DNA of 63,130 bases, the filler included, from Bipalium vagum (lineage: Eukaryota), in assembly GCA_037834085.1 (NCBI GenBank). It is 3 parts of 3 records of this genome, joined end to end, with 100 filler letters (N's around TTAATTAATTAA, not from the genome) between each part and the next. Parts side by side here need not be neighbours in the genome. Positions count along the whole stretch, not along the records: positions 29,708 to 46,314 come from JBBMKC010103392.1; positions 46,415 to 63,130 come from JBBMKC010096969.1; 1 more part is not named here. One strand, given 5' to 3'. Shown piece by piece: positions 38,860 to 51,520 of the stretch (positions are counted from its first letter, which is position 1; each line of letters opens with the position of its first letter). The notes under the pieces are model-generated. The model was not told the DNA's origin. It searched no databases and saw only the letters and a program-made list of their open reading frames with translations. The position numbers and the translations under genes were made by a program.

Positions 38860-39950
38860 ATGCTTTGCACCAATTTATCGGGACTGGGTTGCATATTGAT
38901 AATAGTTTATAAAACTTTTAATAAATAATAAATAATTATAAGGAAACAGAAGATTTAAATATAAAGAATTGCAAAAAATATTGCTTTGGAAAAACTATTT
39001 GAAAAATCATAAGAATTAAAACCAGAAAATACAAAAAATTAGCAAATGAAGAATTTAGGAAACTAATTCAGTACCTTTATTTTTAATAAAGATGATATTT
39101 AGAGTTCAGATTTAACCATTATATCAGAAGAGAAAGACTAAAATAATATTATGTCATTGATTTATACAAAAGATTTGCTTTTACTGTTTCTTTAAAAATA
39201 AAACTGGAAAAGCTACAGTAGATGCTTTTGGTGAAATAATTGGAGTCTACCAAAGAAAATTTATAAACTTTAGGTTGATANNNNNNNNNNNNNNNNNNNN
39301 NNNNNNNNNNNNNNNNNNNNNNNNNNNNNNNNNNNNNNNNNNNNNNNNNNNNNNNNNNNNNNNNNNNNNNNNNNNNNNNNNNNNNNNNNNNNNNNNNNNN
39401 NNNNNNNNNNNNNNNNNNNNNNNNNNNNNNNNNNNNNNNNNNNNNNNNNNAATAAAATAGGTAATGAAATTTACTTATCAGAGAAAGAAGAAAAATCTGT
39501 TTTCATAGAAAAATTCAAAAAAGCTTTTAAAAATATAATGTTTAAAAAACAGAACAAGGAAATAATTACATATTTTATCTTAATTAATTAATTTGTATAA
39601 TAATAAAATTCATATATAAATTTGTAAATCTCCTAATAAAGCATGTAAAAATCCAACGAAGTTTTCAGAACCTTCGACTAATCCAATAAAGCTGTCAAGG
39701 CGATCAGCTTATTCTATTAAACAAAAACCAAAAATCCAGCAAAGTTTGCAATAGGCAAAGCCTCGCTTCAATATTGGTAATACAGGTCAAATTTTTAAAT
39801 ATAAAAATAAATTTGAAGATTACAAAATAAAATTGACATAGGAAATATTTATAATAAATGATACATGTCCAATTGTTTAAATCATTATAGATTTAAATGG
39901 TAAAAAATTAATAGGTAGATTTTTTAAAAATGAATTAAAACGTTGTTATT
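38860..39950 (+). mobile_element. Polinton/Maverick retroviral-like integrase relic
   Basis: VIDLYKRFAFTVSLK..VDAFGEII; after the gap EEKSVFIEKFKKAFKNIMFK, KPRFNIGNTGQIFKYKNKFE, EIFII and IDLNGKKLIGRFFKNEL, the typical c-integrase C-terminus. Confidence 0.8.
39281..39450. other. Assembly gap (170 N)
   Basis: Run of N; integrase motifs are colinear across it. Confidence 0.95.
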
Positions 39951-40291
39951 TGAGAAGCAAAACTGAATTCTGAAATTTTTTTATAAAATAATTTTTTAAA
40001 AAATTTATTTTTATTAGTAATATCATTTTTGTATTAATAATACAATAATAATTATATTTCATTATATCATCTTATATATTTGATCATAATGTTACTCTGA
40101 GTATTTAGAAAATTCCATATTTTTATTAAGTTTATAACGTTAAATATTTATTTTTCAATTTTTTAAAAAATGTTTAGGTTTAAATTATTTTCAAGTATTT
40201 AACGTCTAATAGCTTTTCATATTCGTTTATTAAATATTAAAAGATGTATAATATTATTTTTTTAAAACATAAATAAATTTAAAAATAAAAT

Positions 40292-41274
40292 TGTTCACTA
40301 TTTAGTGTATCAAATTTAGACCTGACTCCAACTCTTAGGTGGTGCAAATAATAACAATCAATAAAGCTGCAATTTGTATTTATATCACACAATCACAAAA
40401 ATACAGAATCAAAAGATTGGGATCTAATGTCTTAAATGCTTTATAGACCTTCTACTACTTTTCAAAACACAATACAACCCAATAACAATAATTATAAAGA
40501 ATGAATTAATCAATATAATGTCTCAACAATAATGTTCAATAAAAATCAATTATTGTATAATCAAAGTTCAATTAAAAAAAATATTACTTCAATATTAATA
40601 ATTACTTTAACAAACAAACAAAAATAAAGATAAAAGAAAATAGAAAGTTCTTACAATTTATCTTCCGCTAAAACTCCCGAGTTATCGTTTGAGCCCTAAC
40701 GGTTGCTCACCGGTAACCCGCTGATGGGAAATTTTAAGCATAGTTCACTAAAATACTTGATGCCAATAGTGATCAATAGCTTTCTTCCTGTGACGAATAT
40801 CTCCTGTAAACCGTATCAATAATAATCTTCTGTGGTAGATTGAACACTAAATATTCTTCCTGAAACAATAAGATTTAAATTATTTCGCACGTTCTCTGAG
40901 GAGTGAAAATATGCTAGAATCTCTCTGCTTATATACTTTCTGAAACTGATCTTCATATGGAGACTATTCTTGAAATAATCTCAAAATCAATCTTAAAATT
41001 CTAAAATTTTATTAAAACTCTAGAATTCCCTAAAGGTATTTTCTGATGACCATTAATATTTGTAAATTTTGGAATTCTTTAGAAATAAAAATTACTTTTG
41101 GAGGGTTGTTTTATTTAAGTATTTTCAAACTAAAAATATCTGTAAATTTTTAATTGTTTTTTAAGCGTTAATTAAATTTAATTATTAATATTAATATTTT
41201 TTTAACATCTATACCCTTTTCATGATTTTCCTTGGTTATATTTTCCCGAGGGGCCGTCTTAGGTAAACCCAACA
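40292..41274 (-). mobile_element. Solo LTR (983 bp)
   Basis: TGTT...AACA termini flanked by a 4-bp direct repeat AAAT; TATATAAGC box on the minus strand near 40930. Confidence 0.65.
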
Positions 41275-42224
41275 AAATTTTTTAAAAATTTTTAAGTTGA
41301 TAGTTTTTAATTAATTACATTGTTAACAATGCGCATAAATAGAAAACTTTAATTTCAATCTATTATTTTAAATATTTATGTATATAAACTGAATCAAAAT
41401 TTAATTATCTGTATGATTTTCATTATAATCCGATAATTATTTCTCATCGAATTATTGATTTTTTTCGAATATTTCAAAAAATAAATCGATTATGTATATT
41501 TTTTATTTTATGAAAATCATCAGTATTTTCTATCACATTGCACTAAACGTTTTCTACCCAGATTTATGGTTTCAATAAGATTTTGACTTTTACATGTATT
41601 TTTGTAACCATTTTAGAAGATTCATAACTTTTTTCCTATATAAGAGTTAAACATTTATGGGTTGATAAATTAAACGATGCTCTGATAGAAGTAAAATAAT
41701 TTTCACAATTTTTTAATTTTCAAATATATAAAAGATTTTCGAATTTCATATGTAGCTTAATTAAAAAGAAACTAAAGTATTTTTATTTATTTGAAAAGTT
41801 AAATAAATTATTTTATTATTTTCTGAATTACTCAAAAAATGGAAAAATTTAATTTAAAGATTCAAATAACATATTTTAAAACAGTTGAAAAAAAATAACA
41901 AAAGAATATGAGGTAATTCATATATTAATAAATAATATGAAATTAGAATAAAAAGTTGTTATGCGTTTGACGATTATAAAAACATTAGTAAAAATTCAAC
42001 CGATTATTTGTTGATATTCTTATTAGAAGTATTTAAACAAGAAATTTTATTCGAGTGTAGGTTGAAAATTTCGTTAAATAATAAATACTGCGGTGCCATA
42101 TTTAAACCCTTTTTTAAAACTTATAAAACTAATATTCAGTAATTAAAATCCAAAATTACATGAAAATAAATAATATTATTTAAGTAATATATGAATTTTA
42201 AACTTCATATTTAAACTTTTTTAG

Positions 42225-42600
42225 AAAAATCCAGAAGAAATACAAGCAGTAATTAGATTATATATTCCAGGATTAAGTTCAATGGCAATGAAAAGCCACC
42301 TTGATGCAACATTAAATGAATATTCACCCACATTAAAAACTGCTTACAAGTGGGTTATCGAGTTTAAATAAGGCGGGGGGTAACATTAAAGATGCACCAA
42401 TTTAGAGAAATTCCATTTACAAAGCAAAATTTTAAAAGAAAATCCATGTTATGGAATAAAATCTTTTTCACATGCGCATGAACTGCTTTGACCGCTGAGC
42501 TACATACTCAAATTTATCACACACACAACAATACAAACCATTCAACTTAAAAATCGATTACAATATGCATTTTGAATTATTTTGCATATGAAAAGATTTT
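42225..42600 (+). mobile_element. Mariner N-terminal remnant interrupted by a tRNA-like fragment
   Basis: EEIQAVIRL..HLDATLNEYSPTLKTAYKWVIEFK*GG..IKDAP, a mariner HTH region. Confidence 0.6.
42463..42510 (-). pseudogene. tRNA-Ala-derived repeat copy 3 (3'-truncated)
   Basis: Reverse complement reads GAGTATGTAGCTCAGCGGTCAAAGCAGTTCATGCGCATGTGAAAAAG. Confidence 0.7.
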
Positions 42601-43027
42601 ATATACATGTATTTAAATATATGTAGTTATATATATGTATTTAAAATAAGTTATCATTAATAATATTATTGCGTTTCATGATTTTGTTCACAAGGTTAAC
42701 AAATGTAGTATTGATATCAGATTAGATATTATTAAAACTTCAATGACAGGAGTTTTAATTTTTTGGAGAACGAACTGCTTAAGAGTTGCACTCACTGATT
42801 TTTATTATTAATGAGTATTTCTAGCAAGTCACAAGTAAACCATTTACATAATTTAACATGACATATTTATGTCACTTAAAAAGTGTTATTCTTTTTAATA
42901 GATTTCGGTTTAATAGACACCTCAGATATAATTGTAAAAAATATAGGTAAGCATACAGATCTATAGCTGAATCATTAATTTATAATAAAGAATCTATAAT
43001 TTTTTAGTTTCTATAAAATTTAGAAAA

Positions 43028-43313
43028 ATGGTCTCAACAAAAAAAGTATTCGCAAATTAATTGTGCGCAAAAGCTGGAAAATGTGGATTTATCTCACAGA
43101 GATATCGCAAAAAGCCTAAATATTGCGAAATCAACGGTAACACTTATGCTTAAAAACTTCGATAAACGATTAAGCGCAGAAAGAAAAGTTGTGAAGTGGA
43201 CAAAAGAAGAGATTTATCTCAGAGAAAGAGGCCAAGGAAGTGGTACGTACATTTCATAAAAATGCGGATTTGATAGCTGTATTTTGCCGACCAGTTTTTT
43301 CGTATACACCCTT
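43028..43313 (+). mobile_element. Deleted DD37E-like Tc1 element (HTH region plus right TIR)
   Basis: ENVDLSHRDIAKSLNIAKSTVTLMLKNFDKRLSAERK; terminus ...CGTATACACCCTT-TA. Confidence 0.65.
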
Positions 43314-44064
43314 TATATTACTTATATATTTTATCTGTTTTATCACTTATAATATAACCAAGCCTTCTATAGATAGCCATTCAGGTTAGATGTAAAAAAA
43401 ATTCAAAAAAATAATTATTTTCTCACTGACCTGCCAAGCAATGGTAGCAAAAGTTTTATATTTTAAAAATATATTTTTATGTTCAATTGCTTGTAGTAGT
43501 GTTTAGACTGGGAGAGTGACAGTGAGTCCATCAGTTGGACGGATCCGTTTGATACTGTGAGACGTGTTCGTCTGTCTTGCGTCTGTGCGTGTCTGTTTGT
43601 TTTTGGTGAATAATTGAAGGAGTTATCATTTAATTGGATATTTGTCGGAAAATCAGGATTTTGCCTGTATCTGTTTTTGAGTAGGTGGCCTCAATATTGT
43701 CTAATTTCATCAAACTTTTACTCATCATTCATTGGTGTTTTTTATAGGTTACTTTATAGAAGAAAAACAAAAGTATATACTTGACAGTAGATATTATCAA
43801 TTGCAACAATGAATAATCGTCGCTTATTCTGGCATTTAAGAAATCTCTAAAATTTGTGAAAATATTGAAAATTCAATTCTTATCATATGTATTTGAATAG
43901 TTATTTCTAAAAAGGTGTTAACATTAATGAAACCATTTCAGCTGTTTTACTAAATCTTGACTTGAAGAAATCTCACAGAATTAAAATTTGATCTGTTTCT
44001 ATCTAAGACCAATATCTGGATTCTTTTTTAAAAATATGTTATTTTTTTTATTATAATGATAATA

Positions 44065-45317
44065 CGTGTCGGTGAATCAAAAAGTAAAGATACAAGCTTT
44101 ATATTATTTTATTTTCAAAGATTATAACATACAGACAATTATTTTTTAACTTAATTACCACTTTTTTCCAAGCACTTCGTCCATCTGTCAACCAATTTCT
44201 GCATTTCTTCACCAAAGAAAATTTTGTCTTTTGCTTTCAAGAAATCTTGCACCGCTTTTTTCACTGCATCATCATTGTGGAAATGTTTTCCTCGTAATTC
44301 CTCTTTCATGAGTTCAAATAGGTAATAGTCACATGGTGACAAATCTGGGCTATTAGGAGGATGTTCCAATATCTCAAAATTAAAAATTTTCATGGTCTGC
44401 ACTGTCAATTGAGCTGTATGAGGCCTTGCATTGTCATGCAGAATAATTACTCCTTCAGAGATCATTCCTCATGTTTGAATCTTATTGCTGGTTTTAGTTT
44501 ATTCCGCAGAATTTCACAATATCTTCACCTACTTGTTGAAAGTGAGTCAATAATGGATCATCAGAATTCCAAAAGACAGTCAACATTAATTTACCAGCAC
44601 TCTGTTGTGTTTTGATTTTTTTGATTTTTGTTGAGCTTGGGTGTTTCCATTCCATCGACTACCTTTTACTTTCAGGTTCATAATGGTGTACCCATGTTTC
44701 GTTACCAGTGATTATTCTCCTTAGAAATGTTTCATCATTCTTGTTTCGTTCAAAATGTTGTCTACAGAGTCGTTTGTGGTTTAGTTTTTGATCTTCAGAC
44801 AACTGTTTCGGTACTCATGTGGCACAAACTTTGTTCTATCCCAGCTCGTTGTGAATCATTGAATAAGCTGATCCATAACTGATATCAAGTTCAGAACAAA
44901 TTTCACCAAATGTAAGTTGCCTGTTTTTTCTGATCATTTCTTCAACTCGTTCAATGTTATCAACTGTTTGTGGTGTTTCAGGTCTTCATGACCGATCTTC
45001 ATCTTTTAGGCTTCTTCGTCCATTTATGAATTTGTTTACCTATTTATTTACGTTTTTTTGGGTGAATATCAGCTGAAGAAACACCTTCTGCATGTAAAAA
45101 ACGAATAACAGCCCTTTGGTGCAATTTTTTTAAAACATGCTCCATGTTTTTTATCTAAAATTGATATAAAAATATTTCTTTAATCAATATTTCTACGATC
45201 AATATTTCGTATTTTATTTTATATCGTAATTTATTTAGTTAAAATGTATTATGGTGTTACTGCTTATCTATGAAAAAATTAAACTCTTTGTATCTTTATT
45301 TTTTGATTCACCCACTT
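44065..45317 (-). mobile_element. Degenerate full-length mariner (irritans-like)
   Basis: TIR core GGTGAATCAAAAAGTAAAGATACAA at both ends; IITGNETWVHHYEPESKR, ILHDNARPH, HPPNSPDLSPCDYYLF, RWTKCL. Confidence 0.9.
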
Positions 45318-45365
45318 ATATTATATAATAATAGGTTAATTATTTTAATGTGATTCTTATTTTTG

Positions 45366-46037
45366 TGTTAATATGATCATAATAATAAAAATTATAACAA
45401 ATAGAAAAAGGATAATTATAATTATTACTTTTTCATATAAAAATTATTTATTTTCAATAAGGATTTTTTGTTTGAGGAAATCAAATCCATTTAACTATTC
45501 AGCTTGGCTCAAAAGTGTTCGCCAGATCTTAATAATCAAAGCTCCCGGATTGTTATTATCATAATGGAAAAGGAGAGCGGTAGGGCACGCAGATACAGAG
45601 AGTTTTTGTGCTTAGCATTGAGAGCAGCCGCAGAGTCAATTATTCAGCTCAAGAAACTAAGAATGGGTTGAGATAGATGATTGAAAACTCCGGGCTTCTG
45701 CGTAGGCAAAACCAGAAGAGGGAAGATATCCCTGCTGTGATTAGTGATTGGCTGATGGAGGAAAACTGGAAAGCATATAAGCAACTACCAAATTCTCTAC
45801 AGGCAGAATAAAAATTATAGTTATACCGAGAACAAAACAGAGAACCAAAATTAAACGACAGAGATACGGCGACGAAGAAAAGAAATGCAAACGAAGGATT
45901 GAATTGAACATTATTATTGTTTAGTGATTTTTGATGTGAATAAATTGATTTCTATTATGATATTATTTATTCGAACGTACAATTATTTTGTAATTTGGAG
46001 TCAGGAAAGTTGGTTACTATTAATTTTAATATTAACA
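45366..46037 (+). mobile_element. Probable solo LTR (672 bp)
   Basis: 9-bp terminal inverted repeat TGTTAATAT...ATATTAACA; internal ATTGG box, CATATAAGC and AATAAA. Target-site duplication is only 3/5 (TTTTG/ATATG). Confidence 0.55.
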
Positions 46038-46239
46038 ATATGATTCGGAAGAAGAAAAATTGAATATGTCGGATATTCAAAAATATAAACGTCTAAAAAG
46101 TATAAGAAAATATTAAATATGATTTATTAAAATATACAAAGATGACAAATTAAATGAATAGTCAATCAAAATTATAAAAATGTGGTCAGATTCAATTAAA
46201 AAAAAATAAAAGAGATGGTTAGGAAATATATCTTATTTA

Positions 46240-46314
46240 CCGTATTTTCGCGTGTATAACCCGCGCCCCTTGTATAATCCGCACCCCTTGCATAATCCGC
46301 ATATTTATGGGTTG
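46240..46314 (+). mobile_element. pogo-type transposon end with subterminal repeats, cut by gap
   Basis: TA-CCGTATTTTCGCGTGTATAACCCGC followed by two more TGYATAATCCGC units. Confidence 0.7.
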
Positions 46315-46414
46315 NNNNNNNNNNNNNNNNNNNNNNNNNNNNNNNNNNNNNNNNNNNNTTAATTAATTAANNNNNNNNNNNNNNNNNNNNNNNNNNNNNN
46401 NNNNNNNNNNNNNN
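46315..46414. other. Assembly gap with artificial six-frame-stop spacer
   Basis: 44 N + TTAATTAATTAA + 44 N. Confidence 0.95.
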
Positions 46415-46879
46415 TATTATTAATTTATTTCTGACCCTCTTGCGGTCTTCATAATTAATTGATAATTATCAATTTAAACCCTATTGTGGTTTCTACTCTA
46501 TACTTTACAAGGGTTGTCAAGGATGTGTCCTTGGCTAACCCAACAATTATAAATCATTTTGTGTTTGATTTTTGATATTCGACATAGAGACGATTTTGTT
46601 TTTGTGATAATCAGGCATTAAAACGAGTTTGTTGTGTCAGGTTTTTGTTGAAATTGTAATAAAGTTTTTGCGTGATTGTTTTGATTCAATTAGGGTGCGA
46701 TAAATAAATATAAATATAAATAAATATAAATAAATATAAATAATGTATTTATTTATAATAAATTATTAAAATTTGAGTAAATAAAATATAATAATTAAAC
46801 AACTGCAAATAACGCAGAGCATAGAAAAGAAGGAAGATAAAAACATGACATTTTTAAATTATTACATTTATTAGTCTCA

Positions 46880-47350
46880 GGGAAATATTAGTTCAGAAAA
46901 AAAATCATGGAAATTTTAGTTCACAATTCCAACTTAATCAAGGAGCAGAATAACAATAACATAAATCTCTATCATAATATTCTGAAAATCTGTCTTTCAT
47001 ATTTTCCATAAAATCAGCTAGAATTAAAATATCTAATTTCATGTAATGTCAAGTATATTATTTTATATTCTTCTAAAAATATTTGATAGTCTTCATGTGA
47101 AATTTATGTTTGTTTTAAAACTGAATCAAAACTATTTCTTAGAAGAAAATCCTTCTTTCAATAATAATTCACTTACTTCATTAAAGTTTTCTTGAATATA
47201 ATCATAAGAATAGAATACTTTCTTGATTATAAGATTATATTCATTTCATATTTCATGTTTAGATATTGCTTTCAATATTTTTCATATTTTTTCAATTGAT
47301 ATTAAAGGAACCATCATTCTAGATCACTTCTGCATTAATAAAATTTATTA
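46880..47350 (-). mobile_element. Polinton/Maverick protein-primed DNA polymerase B relic
   Basis: YSYDYIQENFNE..LLKEGFSS, ISHEDYQ and YMKLDILILADFMENMKDRFSEYYDRDLCYCYSAP*LSWNCELK match the pPolB pattern YPYDY..ISxEDY..DVLLLAD.FE..SAPGLSW. Confidence 0.8.
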
Positions 47351-47442
47351 TTTTGAACTTTTTCCTCCTCCTATCACTCCTTTTCTCCGACAACCATGCT
47401 ATAATATCCGCAATAGAAAAATTGACTCTCTGTTTTGATCCA

Positions 47443-47846
47443 CAGTATTTTAACGACTATAAGACACGTCTTATACAAGTTTTAAAACATAATATTTAGA
47501 AATTTTAAACCATCTTATACATAAATCTTAAGAACACATTTTTCTATTATTCTCATGGTCGCACATTAACTTAAAGTACTCAAAATTCACGCGCAGCTAT
47601 AGCATTGTTATTTTGATCAGCATATGAAACAACTTTAAATTTTGTTTCTGTAGAATATGATTGTCATGTTTGTGGCATTTTTAAAATTCTTCATAAAATA
47701 AAACATTTTAAAAAATTTATTTTTTTATAAAACAAAAATATTTAATGTCGCTTTATATATGGGGAGCGTCTTTATATATAAGGAATTCGGTTTTGCATTA
47801 AAATTCGTCTCATACATACGACCGTCTTATAGTCGATAAATTACTA
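47443..47846 (-). mobile_element. Non-autonomous pogo-type element
   Basis: TIRs CAGTATTTTAACGACTATAAGAC and GTCTTATAGTCGATAAATTACTA; minus strand SYSTETKFKVVSYADQNNNAIAAREF (BrkDBD-like). Confidence 0.7.
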
Positions 47847-47989
47847 TAATTCCTTCTAACTGTCCATTAACATTATGAGTTGCACTAATGTATCTTGTTT
47901 TCGGTTTCTCAAGCGTCGCTTCTTCATATATAATCTGAGATTGTGTACACTAAGTATTTCCAATTCCGGTCACACCATAAAACATTACT

Positions 47990-48200
47990 ATATTCCTCTC
48001 CTTTTCAATATCTTAATTCGAAGTCGAATTCCAATACTTTTTCAGGTCAAAAACCAAAGGTTGTCCAAGATAATCTGAAATCAAGTAACATATCAGCAAT
48101 TACTTTGCCGTTGTGTAGTCCAGACCTAAATATAATTTAAGATGTCGTTTGAAATGCAGGATAATTCCATTAATGCTTTCAATTCTTTCCTCGTTACACA
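47990..48200 (+). mobile_element. Tc1-like transposase C-terminal fragment
   Basis: KVVQDNLKSSNISAITLPLCSPDLNII, the P..SPDLNPIE motif. Confidence 0.5.
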
Positions 48201-48609
48201 ATATCCAAGCACATATACTAATAAGTGTCTCAACCCAGATGCAATAACTGGCTCTCTTCTCTTTTCAGTGATTTGACTCAAAACAGCATCAATCGTGCTA
48301 AAGCTAGTGCCTATCCAGAACAAAAACACGGTTCTTAAGAAAATCCAAATTTGAAGCTTGATATAATCTGTCCTTTAATTTTTGAAAATTCTTCCGACAT
48401 TGGTCCTTAAATTGTAGTTCTTTCTCTTCACCAGAAATTGTAGCGTACAGTCGGGCCGCGATATCCGCTTATGTGAAATCTTTAAAAGAAATTTTCTAAC
48501 AAAAACTGGATTAATAAGTCATTTAAAAAAAATCATAACGAACAATTATAAAAAATTAAGAACATTATAATAATATTTATTTAAGAAACTACCTAAATAA
48601 GCACTGACA

Positions 48610-48900
48610 ACGTAATTGGGTAGTATTCTTGCTTAAATCCATGGACAAAAAAATATTTCGTACCCGTCAGACAGTCCAACAACATCTACATATCTATTTT
48701 CTTCGATATGGCATTCACTCTTCTGAAATTCACACACATTCCAATTGAGCCATCCTTCTTTCTGGCTACAACGCGTGAAGAATTCTAAGGGTTTTACATT
48801 TCGAAATCATTCCAATTGTAACAGGATGCGATAACATTTCATCAGTTTTTTCTTCTATTAGGTCTGTGGAGACTCCAAAATCTTCTTCCTCAGTAAAAAG
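48610..48900 (-). mobile_element. Ty3/Gypsy reverse transcriptase relic
   Basis: VVARKKDGSIGMCVNFRRVNAISKK...LLDCLTGTKYF.SMDL. Confidence 0.8.
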
Positions 48901-49659
48901 GTCAAGCGGCTCAACAATCCCATGGACAAGAGATCCAAATCAACAACATCAGCGGCGAAACAGTTGATTCAGTCAACAACAACACTCTATGATAATAACA
49001 ACAATCCTTTTAACATTTGTTTTTGATAGTATAAAAACACTAACATTTGTTTATTGTTGTATTCATTGCTATGATCAATAATTCTTTTAATTCATGTAAT
49101 AATCCTTTGTGTGCTGATATTTAGTTATTCTGCAATAGTAAAAATTTTTTATAAAAATATATATGTATTTAAAAGAAATTTGTAAATAGTCCTTGATTGA
49201 AAGATAGTAAAATGAAATGTAAATATGAATAAAATAATAATTAATTAATTAATTAATTAAAAGTATATAAATTATTAGTTAGAAGTCTAAGAGTCGGATA
49301 CTGGAAGAGTTTATAATAAAACAACAAAAGACTACTATAAATAAAAAATAGAAGAAATTTTTATAATATAAAAAAGAAAGAATAACAGATAAAATTTTAA
49401 ATTGCAACAAAACAAACAAGGAAAGTATTGGAAGAAACAAAAGAGTTACTATTTTAAGAAAAACAAACAAAGTTAATAATATAAAAGGAGAAAAAAAATC
49501 ATAAGAAGTTAGAAAAAATTATATTTGAAGTTTAACGAGTGCCAAAAAATTAATAACAAGCAGAATTTATATTTAAATCAGCGATTATTGTCAACAGTAT
49601 AAGAATATCATACAGAAACAGTGATTACTACCATAGCTAAAGAAGAATTGTGAACGTCT

Positions 49660-50061
49660 TGTTAGACAAGACACAGTCTGTTAATATTAACTTAATAAAT
49701 ACTCAGGATCTGAGGATTATATAATTTTTTAATTTCCATTCCTTATACTTTTTTTTTATTTCACACGCTAAGTAGGGCGATGAAGTAAGTTGTTTTTCTT
49801 TGCTGAGGATCTCTGAGCCTAAGAGCGAGAAGATTTTTAATAATAACAACCTTAATTAAAAATCTAACATATCAATCAGGGACGATATCACTGAATTGTA
49901 ATTTAACACTTTATTGTAATAAAAATAAAAGTTTTAAAAATCAATTTGTAATCTCAGTTATTTAAATAATAATATCGAACAACCAATTAAGTAACCTTTG
50001 CCGTTAAGACCTAAATAACAACAAGGTCCACCTATTCACATCCCTTTTTAGGATCTTAACA
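49660..50061 (+). mobile_element. Probable solo LTR (402 bp)
   Basis: TGTTA...TAACA termini, flanking 5-mers CGTCT/GGTCT (4/5 match), internal TATATAA and AATAAA. Confidence 0.55.
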
Positions 50062-50119
50062 GGTCTACAAGTTGAAAAGGTGCCTATTTTAGTTATGACT
50101 ATTACTCAAAAGATTAATG

Positions 50120-51110
50120 ATATTTTTATGTAAGTTATATGTAAAAATTAAACTTGGAAATAATCTCCATCACTGTCTATACATTTAAATAATTTTTCAG
50201 GCAGTTGGTAAATTCCGGTCCGGTAAAATGATGGCGATTTTGAATCAGTGAAATTTGTCAATGATTTTTGGACATCATTAAGGGTTTTGAACTGCTCATG
50301 AGCTAAATGAGGTTGAAGAGTCCTGAATAAATAATAATTTGATAGTGCCATGTCAAGTGAGTAAGCCGCACGAGGGAGACCTTCCCAGCCCAGATTGGAA
50401 AGATAGTCGACGAAGAATGACAGGCCTGGCTCCGGCACTTGTAGAAGGTCTCTATTTTGCCAGTGCCTCATTGAAGCAGATCAATTGGCTTTTGTAATTT
50501 TCATGTCACTATTTCGTCTGGCTTAAGAAACTCAGTATACCATTCCCATGCAGTTCCACCTAATGCACAGTAAGGTTTTCGCCTTGTGGATATTTCGTTT
50601 GGTAATAGATAAAAATGGGTGTACCAGACGAATCCAAGATTTTTTCCGTTTTGGGTTTTTGTAATATAACCATTTTTCATCTTCCGTTATAATTTTGTGC
50701 AGGAAACTTTTTTCTTCAATCTCGTTAGGAGGGAAACTGCAGTGTCATACCGTATATTTTTGTTCTCTTGAGTGAGAATATGAGGCACTAATTGGCAAGC
50801 TTTTTGAATCATTCCAAGTTGTCCGAGTCGAAGGGATATGGCTTGCTGAGTAACTCCGAGTTATTTAGCAAGATTTTGTTGGGTCTGGCAGGAATTTACA
50901 TCGAACAGATTTTCCAGGTCTGCATCCAAAAATCTTATTGACTGACCAGACCTTTTAAAATCTGAAAGGTCGAAATTATCTTCTCTAAATCTGTTAAACT
51001 ATTTTGTCGAAGTCTTACAGGGCACTGCCACTTCACTCAGCGCTTTTTTTAATTGAAAGGCAAATAATAAACAATGCCTTAAATGTATTTTTCCGAAAGT
51101 TATTTAAAAT
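50120..51110 (-). mobile_element. Degenerate mariner (mauritiana-like)
   Basis: FLHKIITEDEKWLYYKNPKRKKSW, AAYSLDMALSNYYLFRTLQ, LPEKLFKCIDSDGDYF. Confidence 0.88.
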
Positions 51111-51159
51111 TGCACAATTTTCTTTGAATATTGAACCTCTACATTATTATGGAGTCGTT

Positions 51160-51520
51160 TAGCAATTTATTTCATCGAAATTGTTAGAGGATCTCTTCGA
51201 CCAACAGAACCTGCCTCATGTCTACTCGATCTAACATCTCGGTCATCAAAATGGTTTTTTCTAATTTCATTTTTCGTAGTAATTTCCTTTATGAAAATAT
51301 TCCACAGTGTAGCAGCTTCTGTGGATAACAAAAGATCAAAAACACCTATCATACATTCGTTGATTTCTTTTAGCACTCTGCTTCAGACAAGCTCAGTCCA
51401 TTAAATTAACGGATCTGAAAATTTAACAATTACTGTGCTTTTTTGGCAAAGCATCTAGAAGCTTCTTTCTTACTTGTCTTCTTATAACGACACCAATTTT
51501 TTTCGATATGGAAGCCAGTT
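51160..51520 (-). mobile_element. piggyBac transposase relic
   Basis: LW..IF.....K.......FDDRDVRSSR....DPL pattern, like the piggyBac DDE_Tnp_1_7 region. Confidence 0.55.

Noticed and set aside
39275-39460. ORF made of X residues
   Set aside because: Artefact of the N gap.
46255-46302. Short regularly spaced repeats suggestive of a CRISPR-like array
   Set aside because: Three adjacent units without unique spacers; they are subterminal repeats of a pogo-type end in a eukaryotic genome.
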